Shown: positions 1 to 11,100, numbered from the stretch's first letter. The stretch: DNA of 64,000 nt from Rhizobiaceae bacterium (GCA_025698895.1 JAILWO010000004.1:129936-193935), one strand, 5' to 3'. Notes: generated by a model not told the origin, from the letters alone. Made by a program: numbers and translations.

Positions 1-514
1 CGCCGGTGTCGGCGGCTTCATCACGCCGGGCGACCGTGTCGACGTGGTGCTGACCCGCGACGCCGGCGCCATCCAGGAGGTCGAGGGCCTGGCCAAGGGC
101 GCGTCGGGATCGACGATCACCACCGAGATCGTCGTGGAGAATGTGCGCGTGCTCAGCGTGGGGCAGGGCGCCGACATCCGCCAGACATCGCCGCAGGTGG
201 CTTCGTCCGTGACGGTCGAGGTGACGACGCAGGGTGCCGGTAAGATCGCGCTGGCGCGCTCTATCGGCACGCTTTCGCTGGCCTTGCGGTCCTCCATGCC
301 TGACACGGACGGGCTCGCGGGCCTGACCACCATCGGCTCGTTCGGCGGCTCGGTGACGAGCGGGCAGGATGCGACCGCGCGGAAGGTCGCGGCCGAGCCG
401 AAGGAACCGAAATTCAAGACCGTGATCGTGACGCGCGGTCTGCAAGCGCAATCCTACGAAGTCGTTTCGCCGGACGGGGGCGGAGCGCCTGCAGGCGCGG
501 ATCGCGCCGAATAA
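1..514 (+). CDS. cpaB: Flp/Tad pilus assembly protein CpaB, C-terminal part (5' end lies outside the window)
   Basis: Frame is open from nt 2 (AGVGGFITPGDRVDVVLTRD...) with stop at 512-514. Sequence and position directly upstream of the secretin gene fit CpaB/RcpC. Confidence 0.85.
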   Translation, partial: AGVGGFITPGDRVDVVLTRDAGAIQEVEGLAKGASGSTITTEIVVENVRVLSVGQGADIRQTSPQVASSVTVEVTTQGAGKIALARSIGTLSLALRSSMPDTDGLAGLTTIGSFGGSVTSGQDATARKVAAEPKEPKFKTVIVTRGLQAQSYEVVSPDGGGAPAGADRAE

Positions 515-528
515 AGGGGCAGGGGACG

Positions 529-1968
529 ATGCGGCAACGCATGAACAATGGGCGCGAAAGCTTTCGCGCAGGACTGATCGCGGGTATGGCGCTGGCGCTG
601 TTCGCGGCCGTCGCGCTGGTGGCCAGCGAAGGGCCGGCGAAGGCGAACGGCAACGTGATCGAGATATCGGCCACCCAATCCACCTCGATCAGGATCGCGA
701 AGGGCAAGCCGCGCACGATCCGCACCACCCAGCCCTTCTACGAGATCGTCATCGGCGATCCGGCCGTCGCCAACGTCAATCCCCTGACCGACCGCTCCTT
801 CTACGTGCTGGGCAACGAACTCGGCACGACCGGGATCGCGCTGTTCGACGAGAACAAGAACCTGGTCGGGACGGTCGACATCGAGGTGACGCTCGACACC
901 GAACGGCTCGCCTCGACCATTCGCGAAAACGTGCCGGGATCCGACATCAGGGTGAGCTCGGCCAATGGCCGCGTGATGCTGTCGGGCTCGGCCAAGGACG
1001 CCGTCGCCGCCGAGAAGGCCAAGGACATCGCCACGCGCTTTTCAGGCGAGGAGGAGGTCATCAATTCGCTCGACATCTCGTCCTCGCAGCAGGTGCAGCT
1101 CAATGTCCGCTTCGTCGAGATCAATCGCGAGGTCGGGCAGGAACTCGGCACCAAGATCCGCGCGAGCTATGTCGGCACCAGCGGCGGCGTCTCGTTCAAC
1201 TCGGCCCCGCGCACATCGACGGCCATCCCCGCCAGCGAGATCATAGGCGGCCTCCTGTCCGGCGGCTTCTCGATCGACGTCGCGATCCGCGCGCTCGAGG
1301 ACAAGGGCGTGGCGCGGCGGCTGGCCGAGCCGAACCTGATCGCCCGGTCCGGCGAGAAGGCATCCTTCCTGGCCGGCGGCGAAGTGCCCATTCCCGTCGC
1401 GGAGGAGGAAGGGGTGATCACGATCACCTACAAGAAGTTCGGCGTATCGCTCGATTTCACGCCGACCGTTCTGGCAGACGGGCTGATCAATCTCGACATC
1501 GAGCCGGAGGTCTCCTCGATCGACCCGTCGGCCTCCTACCAGGTCGGCAACATTTCGGTGCCGGGCTTCGTGGTGCGGCGCGCGCGGACCTCGGTGGACC
1601 TCAAGGCCGGCCAGAGCTTCATGGTGGCGGGTCTGCTCCAGACCCAGAACGACACGACCACGCAGCGGCTTCCGGGGCTGGGGCGCCTGCCGGTGATCGG
1701 TCCGCTGTTCTCATCCAAGGCCTATCAGCGCCGCGAGACCGATCTGGTCATCATCGTGACGCCGCATCTGGTCAAACCGATCGATCCGTCCAAGAAGATG
1801 CGCACGCCGGCCGACCAGACCGATCCCGCCAGCCCGACCGACTTCTTCCTGGGCAACCAGGACGAGATCGCGGCCAACGGCTCGACCGTCACGGCGTTCG
1901 CTCCGGGCGGCGCCAAGGCGGCCGCGGCGGCGGGCTCCGGCCATTTCCTCGAACTGTCGGAGTACTGA
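529..1968 (+). CDS. cpaC: Tad pilus secretin CpaC/RcpA
   Basis: 479 aa with a hydrophobic signal-like N-terminus. Secretin core motifs are present (RRLAEPNLIARSGEKASFLAGGEVPIPV, LPGLGRLPVIGPLFSS, ETDLVIIVTPHLV). Confidence 0.9.
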   Translation: MRQRMNNGRESFRAGLIAGMALALFAAVALVASEGPAKANGNVIEISATQSTSIRIAKGKPRTIRTTQPFYEIVIGDPAVANVNPLTDRSFYVLGNELGTTGIALFDENKNLVGTVDIEVTLDTERLASTIRENVPGSDIRVSSANGRVMLSGSAKDAVAAEKAKDIATRFSGEEEVINSLDISSSQQVQLNVRFVEINREVGQELGTKIRASYVGTSGGVSFNSAPRTSTAIPASEIIGGLLSGGFSIDVAIRALEDKGVARRLAEPNLIARSGEKASFLAGGEVPIPVAEEEGVITITYKKFGVSLDFTPTVLADGLINLDIEPEVSSIDPSASYQVGNISVPGFVVRRARTSVDLKAGQSFMVAGLLQTQNDTTTQRLPGLGRLPVIGPLFSSKAYQRRETDLVIIVTPHLVKPIDPSKKMRTPADQTDPASPTDFFLGNQDEIAANGSTVTAFAPGGAKAAAAAGSGHFLELSEY

Positions 1969-1969
1969 G

Positions 1970-2233
1970 ATGGGACGCCTGGGGCTTGTGCTTTGTGCTC
2001 TGCCGCTGGCCGGCTGCGTGAGCGACGACTATTCCCGCGCCGAAGGGCTGAGCTACGGCGCCGGCGAGGCGATCGCGGCCAATTCGGTCATGCAGATGGT
2101 CGATCCGTGGCCCGCCGGCGTGGAGGATACGCGCGTCGAGACACCCGCCGACCTGGGCAGGTATCGCCGGGGCCAGGCCGAGCGCAGCGGCGCCACCTCG
2201 CAGACCGATTCCTCGGTCACGGGCGACAACTGA
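1970..2233 (+). CDS. small lipoprotein in the CpaD slot of the Tad locus
   Basis: 87 aa with lipobox LPLAG-C near the N-terminus. It starts 2 nt after the cpaC stop. It sits where CpaD-type lipoproteins are encoded but is much shorter. Confidence 0.6.
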   Translation: MGRLGLVLCALPLAGCVSDDYSRAEGLSYGAGEAIAANSVMQMVDPWPAGVEDTRVETPADLGRYRRGQAERSGATSQTDSSVTGDN

Positions 2234-2249
2234 GCGGCGGAAACCGATC

Positions 2250-3457
2250 ATGGCGAACGAAGGCACATCACGGCGGGTCGTGCTCGTCTCCACCGACAAG
2301 GTCTTCCTGCAGGAGACGCGAGCGGCGTTCTCGGCGTCGGACCGGATCGAGCTGGTGACAGTAGAGGCCTCCGTCACGGAACTGCGCGGCGAGATCCAGG
2401 CGCAGGCTTGCGGCGCCGTCATCATCGACATGGACGCTTCCAAGCTGGACGAGATCGAATCGCTGCAACGCGTCATGCGTCGGCTCGAAGGGTCGGCGCC
2501 GATCGTGGTGGTGACGCAGGAATTCAACGCCGCCGCCGTCAGGATGCTGGTGCAGCTCCAGATCGCGGACTTCCTGGTCAAGCCGATCACGACCGCCGAC
2601 CTCGTGCGTTCCTGCGTGCGCGCGCTCCAGGGGCCAGGCCGCCAGGACAATTCCGAGGCGCAGATCTATTCCTTCATGCCGGCGGCCGGCGGCGTCGGCG
2701 CGACGACGCTGGCGCTGGAGACGGCGCGGCAGCTGCACAATTCGGTGCTGCGCGGCGCCTCGACATGCGTCGTCGACCTCAATTTCCAGCAGGGCGCCTG
2801 CGCGGAATATCTTGACCTGGAGCCGCGCTTCGACATCACCGAGATCGAGAATAGGCCCGAACGCCTCGACCGGCAGTTGCTGGACGTGATGCTGTCCAAG
2901 CACGAGAGCGGGATTTCGGTCTTGGCCGCGCCGCCGCAGCCGACCGAGATGCGCTCCTTCGACACAGGCATCGTGGTCAGGATGCTCGATCTGGTCTCGG
3001 CCTATTTCGACAATGTGGTGATCGACCTGCCGCGCACCTGGTTTCCCTGGACCGAAACAGTGCTGCTGGGTTCCAACAAGCTCTACATCGTGGCCGAGAT
3101 GACCGTGCCGTGCCTGAGAAACACCCAGCGCCTCATCAAGGCGGTGCACGACACGGTCGGCAAGGAGGTAGACCCGCGCGTCGTCGTCAACCGCTTCGAG
3201 AAGCGCCAGAATTCCGGCGCGGTCAAACAGGCCGATGTCGAGGCGCTGCTGGGCGATCATTTCGCTGGCGGCGTGGCCAACAACTACCGGCTGGTGCGCG
3301 AGGCGGTGGATCGCGGCGTGCCGCTGGGCGAGATCGACCCGGACGCCAATGTAATCGCCGACCTGAAGCAGATCATCCTGCCCGAAGAGGTGCTCGGCCG
3401 AAAGCAGAGACAGCTTTCGCTGTTCAATCTCGGCGGCCTCTTGAGAAAGGCGGGCTG

Positions 3458-3458
<1 letters not shown>
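2250..3458 (+). CDS. cpaE: Tad pilus assembly ATPase-like protein CpaE/TadZ (receiver-like N domain plus MinD/ParA-type domain)
   Basis: 402 aa. The N-terminal receiver-like region (VVLVSTD...IIDMD) is followed by a ParA/MinD-like P-loop region (FMPAAGGVGATTLA). Synteny between the secretin and cpaF supports the call. Confidence 0.85.
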
Positions 3459-4879
<1,421 letters not shown>

Positions 4880-4883
4880 GGCG

Positions 4884-5834
4884 ATGACCGGTCTGTGGTT
4901 CATCTACGCGGCCGCGGCCATCGCCGGCATCCTGATCGCGGAAGCCGCCTACATGCTGCATGCCGGATCGTCCGACCGGCGCAAGGCGATCAACCGGCGC
5001 ATCAAGCTGCAGGACGGCAAGGTCAGCCAGGAACAGGTGCTGATCCAGCTCAGAAAGGAACGCGGGCTGGAGGGGCGCTCGCGCCTGTCGCTCGACGGGT
5101 TGAAGGAACTGCGTGCGCAATCCGGCCTTGTCATGCCGCTGCCGCGCTTCCTGACGTTCACGACGGCGGCGTCGCTGGCGGCGGGCGTCCTGCTCGCCTG
5201 GAAGGGCGTTCCGCTGGTCTGGGCGATGCTGGCCGTGCCGCCTGTCGCGATCATCCTGCCGGTGATGGTGCTGCGCTCGCTGAGGAAGCGCCGTCACAAG
5301 CGTTTCGGCCTCCAGCTTCCCGAGGCGCTGGAGCTGATCACGCGCAGCCTCAAGGCCGGCCATCCCGTGCCGGTCGCGATCTCGATGGTGGCACGCGAAA
5401 TGGCCGATCCGATCGGGTCGGAATTCGGCATGGTCGCCGACGAGGTCACCTTCGGCTCCGACCTGGTCTCGGCGTTGAACGCGATGTTCCAGCGCGTCGG
5501 GCACGAGGACCTGCCGCTGTTCATCACGGCGGTGTCGATCCAGTCGACGACCGGCGGCAATCTGCGCGAAATCCTGGACGGGCTGGCGCAGGTGATCCGC
5601 GAGCGCGGCAAGCTGAGGCGCAAGGTGCGCGCCATTTCGGCCGAGGGGCGCATCTCGGCCTATATCCTGACCGCGGTGCCGGCCCTGCTGGCGGCCGCGA
5701 TCACCGTCATGGCGCCCGACCTCTACGCCGACGTGATGGACAAGCCGCTGACCTGGTACCTGATCGGCGCGACGCTGTTCTGGCTGGTGATCGGCAACTT
5801 CGCCATGTTCAAGATGTCCAATTTCCGGTTCTGA
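4884..5834 (+). CDS. tadB: Tad pilus inner-membrane platform protein TadB (type II secretion F family)
   Basis: 316 aa polytopic membrane protein lying directly after cpaF. It has a T2SS-F-like central soluble domain (LPEALELITRSLKAGHPV). Confidence 0.85.
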   Translation: MTGLWFIYAAAAIAGILIAEAAYMLHAGSSDRRKAINRRIKLQDGKVSQEQVLIQLRKERGLEGRSRLSLDGLKELRAQSGLVMPLPRFLTFTTAASLAAGVLLAWKGVPLVWAMLAVPPVAIILPVMVLRSLRKRRHKRFGLQLPEALELITRSLKAGHPVPVAISMVAREMADPIGSEFGMVADEVTFGSDLVSALNAMFQRVGHEDLPLFITAVSIQSTTGGNLREILDGLAQVIRERGKLRRKVRAISAEGRISAYILTAVPALLAAAITVMAPDLYADVMDKPLTWYLIGATLFWLVIGNFAMFKMSNFRF

Positions 5835-5835
5835 G

Positions 5836-6789
5836 ATGGATCTGCTGGCCAGCCTCGCGCAATCGCTGCCCTCGGTTTCGCCGATGATGCTGGCGGCCGC
5901 GCTGCTCCTGGTCGGCGGCGCGGCGGCGATCCTGCCGTCGGCGCTGGCGCCAAGCGGGCGCACGGATATCCGCCGGCGGCTCCGGGCGGCCAGCGCCACG
6001 GATGACGAACCGCCCGCGCGCCGCAAGCCGGCGATCGAGGTGCATGAAAAGGCGGCGAAGACCGCCCAGGAATTCTATGCGCGCAGCGACCCCGAAAACG
6101 TGGCGCGCCTCCGGCTCAAGCTCATCCAGGCCGGCTATATGGATCCGCGCGCGGTCGGCCTGTTCTTCGTCGTGCGCATCGGCGGCGCGGTGTGTCTCGC
6201 GCTGGCGGCCTTCGCGCTGGGCCTGATTTACGGGGGCGAAGCGGCCGCGACCAACCGCTGGATGTTCGTCGGCCTGTCCGGCGGCGCGGGCTATTTCCTG
6301 CCGGGCCTGGTGCTGTCCCAGAAGGCCAGGGCGCGGACCCTGGAATACCGCAACGGCTTTCCCGATTTCATGGATCTGATGATCGTGTGCGCCGATGCGG
6401 GCATGAGCATGGAAGCGGCGATCGAGCGGGTGTCGCGCGAGCTTCTGGTGACCTATCCGGCGCTGGCGCAGAACCTGCGTCTGGTGTCGATCGAATTGCG
6501 TGCCGGCCGGAACCTGGACGACGCGCTGAAATCGCTGGCCGAGCGGCTGAGCGTTGACGAGGTTCGCTCCTTCGCGACGCTGCTGCAGCAGTCGCGCGAA
6601 CTCGGCACCAGCCTGTCGGGCGCGCTCAGGGTCTTCTCCGACGAGATGCGCCACAAGCGCATGTCGCTGGCGGAGGAGAAGGCGCATGCGCTGCCGGCCA
6701 AGATGTCGGTGCCGGTCACGGTCTGCATCCTGCCGGTGGTGATGATGGTGGCGCTGATCCCCATCATCGTGAAGCTGTCCTCCCCGTGA
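5836..6789 (+). CDS. tadC: Tad pilus inner-membrane platform protein TadC (type II secretion F family)
   Basis: 317 aa. It starts 2 nt after the tadB stop and has the same architecture (FPDFMDLMIVCADAGMSMEAAIERV). Confidence 0.85.
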   Translation: MDLLASLAQSLPSVSPMMLAAALLLVGGAAAILPSALAPSGRTDIRRRLRAASATDDEPPARRKPAIEVHEKAAKTAQEFYARSDPENVARLRLKLIQAGYMDPRAVGLFFVVRIGGAVCLALAAFALGLIYGGEAAATNRWMFVGLSGGAGYFLPGLVLSQKARARTLEYRNGFPDFMDLMIVCADAGMSMEAAIERVSRELLVTYPALAQNLRLVSIELRAGRNLDDALKSLAERLSVDEVRSFATLLQQSRELGTSLSGALRVFSDEMRHKRMSLAEEKAHALPAKMSVPVTVCILPVVMMVALIPIIVKLSSP

Positions 6790-6913
6790 GCGCCATGGTT
6801 GCCGAAGGGTAAATCTGGCGCCTCAATTCGCGGCCATTGTCCCACCCTCGCTTAACCCGCCTCTGCTAGCGTCGTTGCAGTGGGAAGACCCGAACGGGCA
6901 AGGGGACGGGGCG

Positions 6914-7393
6914 GTGAAGTTTCCAGGCATTCTGACAGGCTCATTGTGCGCGGCGGCGCTGTTGGCCGCGGGCTGCACGACATCGAATTTCGGCGCGATC
7001 GACACGACCAGCACCTCGGCGCTGTCGCCGGCGACGGCCGATGTCAGCGCCGACGACCTGGCCAGGGGCAAGGCGCAGTTCCGCGACGGCAATTACGGTC
7101 TGGCGGAGAAGCATTTCCGCAAGGCGGTGGAACTGAGCGCGACCAACAGGGAAGCCTGGCTCGGCCTTGCCGCGTCCTACGACCAGCTCGGCCGCTTCGA
7201 CTTCGCCGACAGGGCCTATGAACAACTGGTCAAGCTGGCCGGCCGCCAGCCGCGCATCGTGAACAATATGGGCTATTCGGCGCTGCTGCGCGGCGACCGC
7301 GCGAAGGCGGCCAAACTGCTGGCCGAGGCCAGGGCCGGCATGCCAGGCGATCCGGTGGTGGAAGCCAATCTGGCGCTGCTCGGCAAGGGCTGA
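6914..7393 (+). CDS. TPR-repeat lipoprotein (TadD-like)
   Basis: A GTG at 6914 has AAGGGGA 7 nt upstream and gives MKFPGILTGSLCAAALLAAG-C, a lipoprotein signal with lipobox. TPR-like repeats follow (GNYGLAEKHFRKAVELS..., AWLGLAASYDQLGRFDFA). The ORF-track start at 6875 is a TTG and looks less likely. Confidence 0.65.
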   Translation: MKFPGILTGSLCAAALLAAGCTTSNFGAIDTTSTSALSPATADVSADDLARGKAQFRDGNYGLAEKHFRKAVELSATNREAWLGLAASYDQLGRFDFADRAYEQLVKLAGRQPRIVNNMGYSALLRGDRAKAAKLLAEARAGMPGDPVVEANLALLGKG

Positions 7394-7413
7394 GTCGCGC
7401 AGCTGGCCCCGGC

Positions 7414-8487
7414 CTATTCGCTGCGGTAGAGCATCCAGTTCTTCGACGCGGCCCCGGCGCTCATGGCGGAATGCCGGGTAACGCGATTGCGGCCATTGAC
7501 CTTGGACGCGTACATGGCGCCGTCGACCTTGGCATAGAGGTCCGCGGGGCCCGACGCCTCGGAGGCCATGCAGATGCCGGCCGATACCGTCACCGGGCCG
7601 TAATTGGTGCCGCTCTCGCGATTGGCGAAGGTGGTGCCTTCGATCTCGGCGCGCAGCCGTTCCGCCAGTTTCGCGACCGACTCCTCGGGCAGTCCCTCGA
7701 TCACGATCGCGAACTCCTCGCCACCGGTGCGCGCCACGAAGCCGCCATCCCCGACCGAATCGCGCAGGATGCCGGCGACGAGCTGGATGATGCGGTCGCC
7801 GACCGGGTGGCCGAACCGGTCGTTGATCTCCTTGAAGCGGTCGATATCGATGAGCAGGAGCGAGCCGAACATGGTCGCCCTCTTCGAGGCGTAGAGGCCC
7901 GAAAGCGCCGCGTCGAAGGCGCGGCGGTTGCCGATCTGCGTCAGGGCGTCGGTGTCGGCGAGCTTCTTGTATTCCTCGAGCTTGGTCTTGACCGATTCCA
8001 GCTCGGCCGACTTGTCGACGATCGAGCTGGCGATCTGCTGGCTCTGCTGGCGGGTGGTCTCGGTCGCGGCCGTGGTGATGGCCAGGATCTTCTGGAGGAA
8101 TTCCTTGGTGACTGCGTCACGGCCGTTAAGGCCGTCCGACGTGCGGTCGAGGATCAGACCGTATTTGTCGAGCGAATCGCGCTCGCGGTTGAGGAGTTCG
8201 CGAATCTCGTCGAGCTTGACCTCGATCTGGGCGCGGGCCGATTCCACGATGCCGTAGCCGTTGGACTGCATCAGATATTTGCGGCCGAGCCCGTCGAGCT
8301 GTTCCTGGGTGGCGCGGTTGCCGAGCGCGAAGAATTCGCCCTGCAGCGTCTCGTTCGTGCCGGTAAACACCTCGTAGAGGAGTTCGTAGTTGCGCGGCAG
8401 GCCCGGTACGCCCAATTCGCGCAGCGCGTTCGCAATGGTCGTCGCGATGTCACTCGCGCCTTGCCTGGTCGCCGTCGCAGCCGTCAT
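7414..8487 (-). CDS. diguanylate cyclase (coiled-coil N domain plus GGDEF domain)
   Basis: 357 aa. The C-terminal GGDEF domain has an intact GGEEF active site (ALTQIGNRRAF...DIDRFKEINDRFGHPVGD...ARTGGEEFAIV). Confidence 0.85.
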   Translation of the reverse strand: MTAATATRQGASDIATTIANALRELGVPGLPRNYELLYEVFTGTNETLQGEFFALGNRATQEQLDGLGRKYLMQSNGYGIVESARAQIEVKLDEIRELLNRERDSLDKYGLILDRTSDGLNGRDAVTKEFLQKILAITTAATETTRQQSQQIASSIVDKSAELESVKTKLEEYKKLADTDALTQIGNRRAFDAALSGLYASKRATMFGSLLLIDIDRFKEINDRFGHPVGDRIIQLVAGILRDSVGDGGFVARTGGEEFAIVIEGLPEESVAKLAERLRAEIEGTTFANRESGTNYGPVTVSAGICMASEASGPADLYAKVDGAMYASKVNGRNRVTRHSAMSAGAASKNWMLYRSE

Positions 8488-8736
8488 GCGAAATCACTTC
8501 CCCGGCCGGCCCTCCACGTTTACCGCCTCCATAGCGGTAGCGCCGGGTCAAGCCGGTAGCTTCCCCATGCGTCACCTTATCCATGGCCTCTAAAGCAACG
8601 GTAAATGGATTTGCATCGCGGCAAAGTCGACAGGAGGAGACAGGCCGGCACGTCTTTCGCTGGCGGCCGCGATCTGCAATAGAGTGCGCCGGGACGAAAT
8701 GCGCGGGGCGCCGCGAAAGAAGGATGAGGGCCAATC

Positions 8737-9390
8737 ATGAAGATCAGAACCGCAGCCGCAGTGCTTTCCGTGGCGGTGTTCGCAGCCGCTTGCACCACCG
8801 ATCCCTATACCGGTGAGCAGAAGGTTTCCAACACCGCGGGTGGCGCGGCCATCGGCGCGGGTCTGGGCGCGCTCGCGGGCATGGCGCTGGGCGGCGGAAA
8901 CGATCGCCGCAACGCCCTGATCGGCGCGGGCGTGGGCGCGCTCGCGGGCGGCGCCATCGGCAACTTCATGGATCGGCAGGAGGCCGAACTGCGCGCGCAG
9001 TTGCAAGGCACCGGCGTCTCTGTGAGCCGCGAGGGCAACCGCATCGTGCTCAACATGCCGTCCGACGTCACATTCCGCACCGACGAGGACGCGGTGCAGT
9101 CGAGCTTCTATCCGGTGCTGAATTCGGTGGCGATCGTGCTGCGCAAATACAATCGCACCCTGGTCGACGTGAACGGCCATACCGATTCGACCGGCAGCGA
9201 CTCCTATAACGACCGGCTGTCGCAGCGGCGCGCCTATTCGGTCGCCGATTATCTGGCGGGGCAGGGGGTCGATCCGCGCCGCTTCGCCGTCAACGGCTAT
9301 GGCGAGAGCGATCCGATCGCCTCCAACGACACCCCCGAGGGCCGCGCGGCGAACCGGCGCGTCGAGATCTATCTCGTCCCGCTGACCTGA
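8737..9390 (+). CDS. OmpA-family lipoprotein with glycine-zipper region
   Basis: 217 aa with lipobox FAAA-C and a Gly-zipper (GGAAIGAGLGALAGMALGGG...GAGVGALAGGAIG). The C-terminal OmpA-like domain carries TDSTGSDSYNDRLSQRRA and NRRVEI. Confidence 0.85.
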   Translation: MKIRTAAAVLSVAVFAAACTTDPYTGEQKVSNTAGGAAIGAGLGALAGMALGGGNDRRNALIGAGVGALAGGAIGNFMDRQEAELRAQLQGTGVSVSREGNRIVLNMPSDVTFRTDEDAVQSSFYPVLNSVAIVLRKYNRTLVDVNGHTDSTGSDSYNDRLSQRRAYSVADYLAGQGVDPRRFAVNGYGESDPIASNDTPEGRAANRRVEIYLVPLT

Positions 9391-9504
9391 CGGCCGCCGC
9401 GGCGCGCCGGCTCGTTCGGGCATGGTGACGCTGATCGCGATCGAGGCGCACCAGGCCGACGGGTCGGCGATTTCCTCGTCGGTGAGGTTGCCCGGTTTTT
9501 CCCT

Positions 9505-9537
9505 GGCGCGAAGGCATCGTCCTTCGCGCCTTTTTTG
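9505..9537 (+). terminator. Rho-independent terminator downstream of the OmpA-family gene
   Basis: A 10-bp perfect stem GGCGCGAAGG / CCTTCGCGCC (9505-9514 and 9521-9530) has a 6-nt loop and is followed by TTTTTT (9531-9536). Confidence 0.6.
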
Positions 9538-9564
9538 TGCCCCGCGAAGCCTGGATCAGCTGGC

Positions 9565-9598
9565 TGCACAATATTTGCGCATGCACATTTCGTGCTCA
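9565..9598. promoter_or_regulatory. candidate NtrC-type enhancer sites upstream of the urt sigma-54 promoter
   Basis: TGCACAATATTTGCGCA (9565-9581) resembles the NtrC consensus TGCACCA-N3-TGGTGCA in about 11 of 14 specified positions. It is followed directly by TGCACATTTCGTGC. Both lie about 150-180 bp upstream of the -24/-12 element. Confidence 0.3.
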
Positions 9599-9740
9599 AG
9601 AAACGTGCTTTGAAACTGTGCAGCCTGCGGATGGCGGGCGGGAAACAGGCGTCCGGTTCCCCGCCACCGGGCAGGTCTGTCCGTCATAAGCGATTGAAAT
9701 CATAAGGAGACGTTGTTTTTCGTTGCAAGCCTTCGGGAAC

Positions 9741-9756
9741 TGGCACGCCCATTGCG
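9741..9756 (+). promoter_or_regulatory. sigma-54 (-24/-12) promoter of the urt operon
   Basis: TGGCAC-GCCCA-TTGC matches the RpoN consensus TGGCAC-N5-TTGC exactly. It lies about 43 nt upstream of the urtA ATG. Confidence 0.6.
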
Positions 9757-9798
9757 TCGACCCTGCCGGTGCAACAAATCATAATCGGAGGCATGAAC

Positions 9799-11100
9799 AT
9801 GACGCGCTTCTCCAGACACTGGATGGGCTATGCCGCGGCGGGGGTGATCGCGGCCGGCCTGACCATTTCGGGCGCGGCCCGGGCGCAGGACGAGGACACG
9901 ATCAAGGTCGGCGTGCTGCATTCGCTGTCGGGCACGATGGCGATCTCGGAAACCACGCTGAAAGACGTGATGCTGATGCTGATCGCGCAGCAGAACGAAA
10001 AGGGCGGCCTGCTTGGCAGGAAGCTCGAACCTGTCGTCGTCGACATCGCGTCGGACTGGCCGCTTGCCGCCGAAAAGGCGCGCGAACTGATCGAGGTCGA
10101 GAAGGTCGACGCCGTCTTCGGCTGCTGGACCTCGGTGTGCCGCAAGTCCGTGCTGCCGGTCTTCGAGGAACTGAACGGCCTTCTGTTCTACCCGGTCCAG
10201 TATGAGGGCGAGGAGAGCCAGCGCAACGTCTTCTACACCGGTGCCTCGCCGAACCAGCAGGCGATACCCGCCGTGGACTATCTGATGAACGATGTCGGCG
10301 TGGAACGCTGGGTGCTGGCCGGTACCGACTATGTCTATCCGCAGACGACCAACAAGATCCTCGAGCAGTATCTCAAGGACAAGGGCGTCGCGGCCGAGGA
10401 CATCATGATCAACTACACGCCGTTCGGCCATTCCGACTGGCAGACGATCGTGTCCGACATCAAGGCCTTCGGCTCGGCCGGCAAGGCGACCGCCGTGGTC
10501 TCCACCATCAATGGCGATGCCAACGTGCCCTTCTATCGCGAACTCGGAAACCAGGGCATCGACGCCGTCGACATTCCCGTCGTCGCCTTTTCGGTCGGCG
10601 AGGAGGAACTGGCCGGCCTCGACACCGCGCCGCTGGTCGGCCACCTGGCCGCCTGGAACTATTTCATGTCGGTAGACACACCGGAGAACAAGGCGTTCAT
10701 CGAGGCCTGGAACGAATTCATCGGTGATGCCGAGCGCGTGACTAACGATCCGATGGAAGCTCACTACATCGGCTTCAACATGTGGGTCGCGGCGGTCGAG
10801 AAGGCCGGTTCGACGGATGCCGACGCCGTCATCGATGCGATCGTTGGCGTCGAGGTGCCGAACCTGACCGGCGGCACGGCCAGGATGCTGCCCAATCACC
10901 ACATCACCAAGCCCGTGCTCATCGGCGAAATCCAGGCCGACGGACAGTTCGACGTGGTCTGGGAGACAGACGGTCTCGTCGAGGGCGACGCCTGGTCGGA
11001 CTTCCTGCCCGAATCGAAGCCGCTGACAGCCGACTGGACCGATCCGATCCAGTGCGGAAACTACAATACCGAGACCAAGACCTGCGGCGGCGGTTCCTGA
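9799..11100 (+). CDS. urtA: urea ABC transporter substrate-binding protein UrtA
   Basis: The ATG at 9799 is 7 nt after GGAGG (9787-9791). It has a signal peptide (MTRFSRHWMGYAAAGVIAAGLTISGAARA) and a typical UrtA body (IKVGVLHSLSGTMAISE...). The GTG at 9769 would fall at or before the predicted sigma-54 transcription start. Confidence 0.9.
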   Translation: MTRFSRHWMGYAAAGVIAAGLTISGAARAQDEDTIKVGVLHSLSGTMAISETTLKDVMLMLIAQQNEKGGLLGRKLEPVVVDIASDWPLAAEKARELIEVEKVDAVFGCWTSVCRKSVLPVFEELNGLLFYPVQYEGEESQRNVFYTGASPNQQAIPAVDYLMNDVGVERWVLAGTDYVYPQTTNKILEQYLKDKGVAAEDIMINYTPFGHSDWQTIVSDIKAFGSAGKATAVVSTINGDANVPFYRELGNQGIDAVDIPVVAFSVGEEELAGLDTAPLVGHLAAWNYFMSVDTPENKAFIEAWNEFIGDAERVTNDPMEAHYIGFNMWVAAVEKAGSTDADAVIDAIVGVEVPNLTGGTARMLPNHHITKPVLIGEIQADGQFDVVWETDGLVEGDAWSDFLPESKPLTADWTDPIQCGNYNTETKTCGGGS

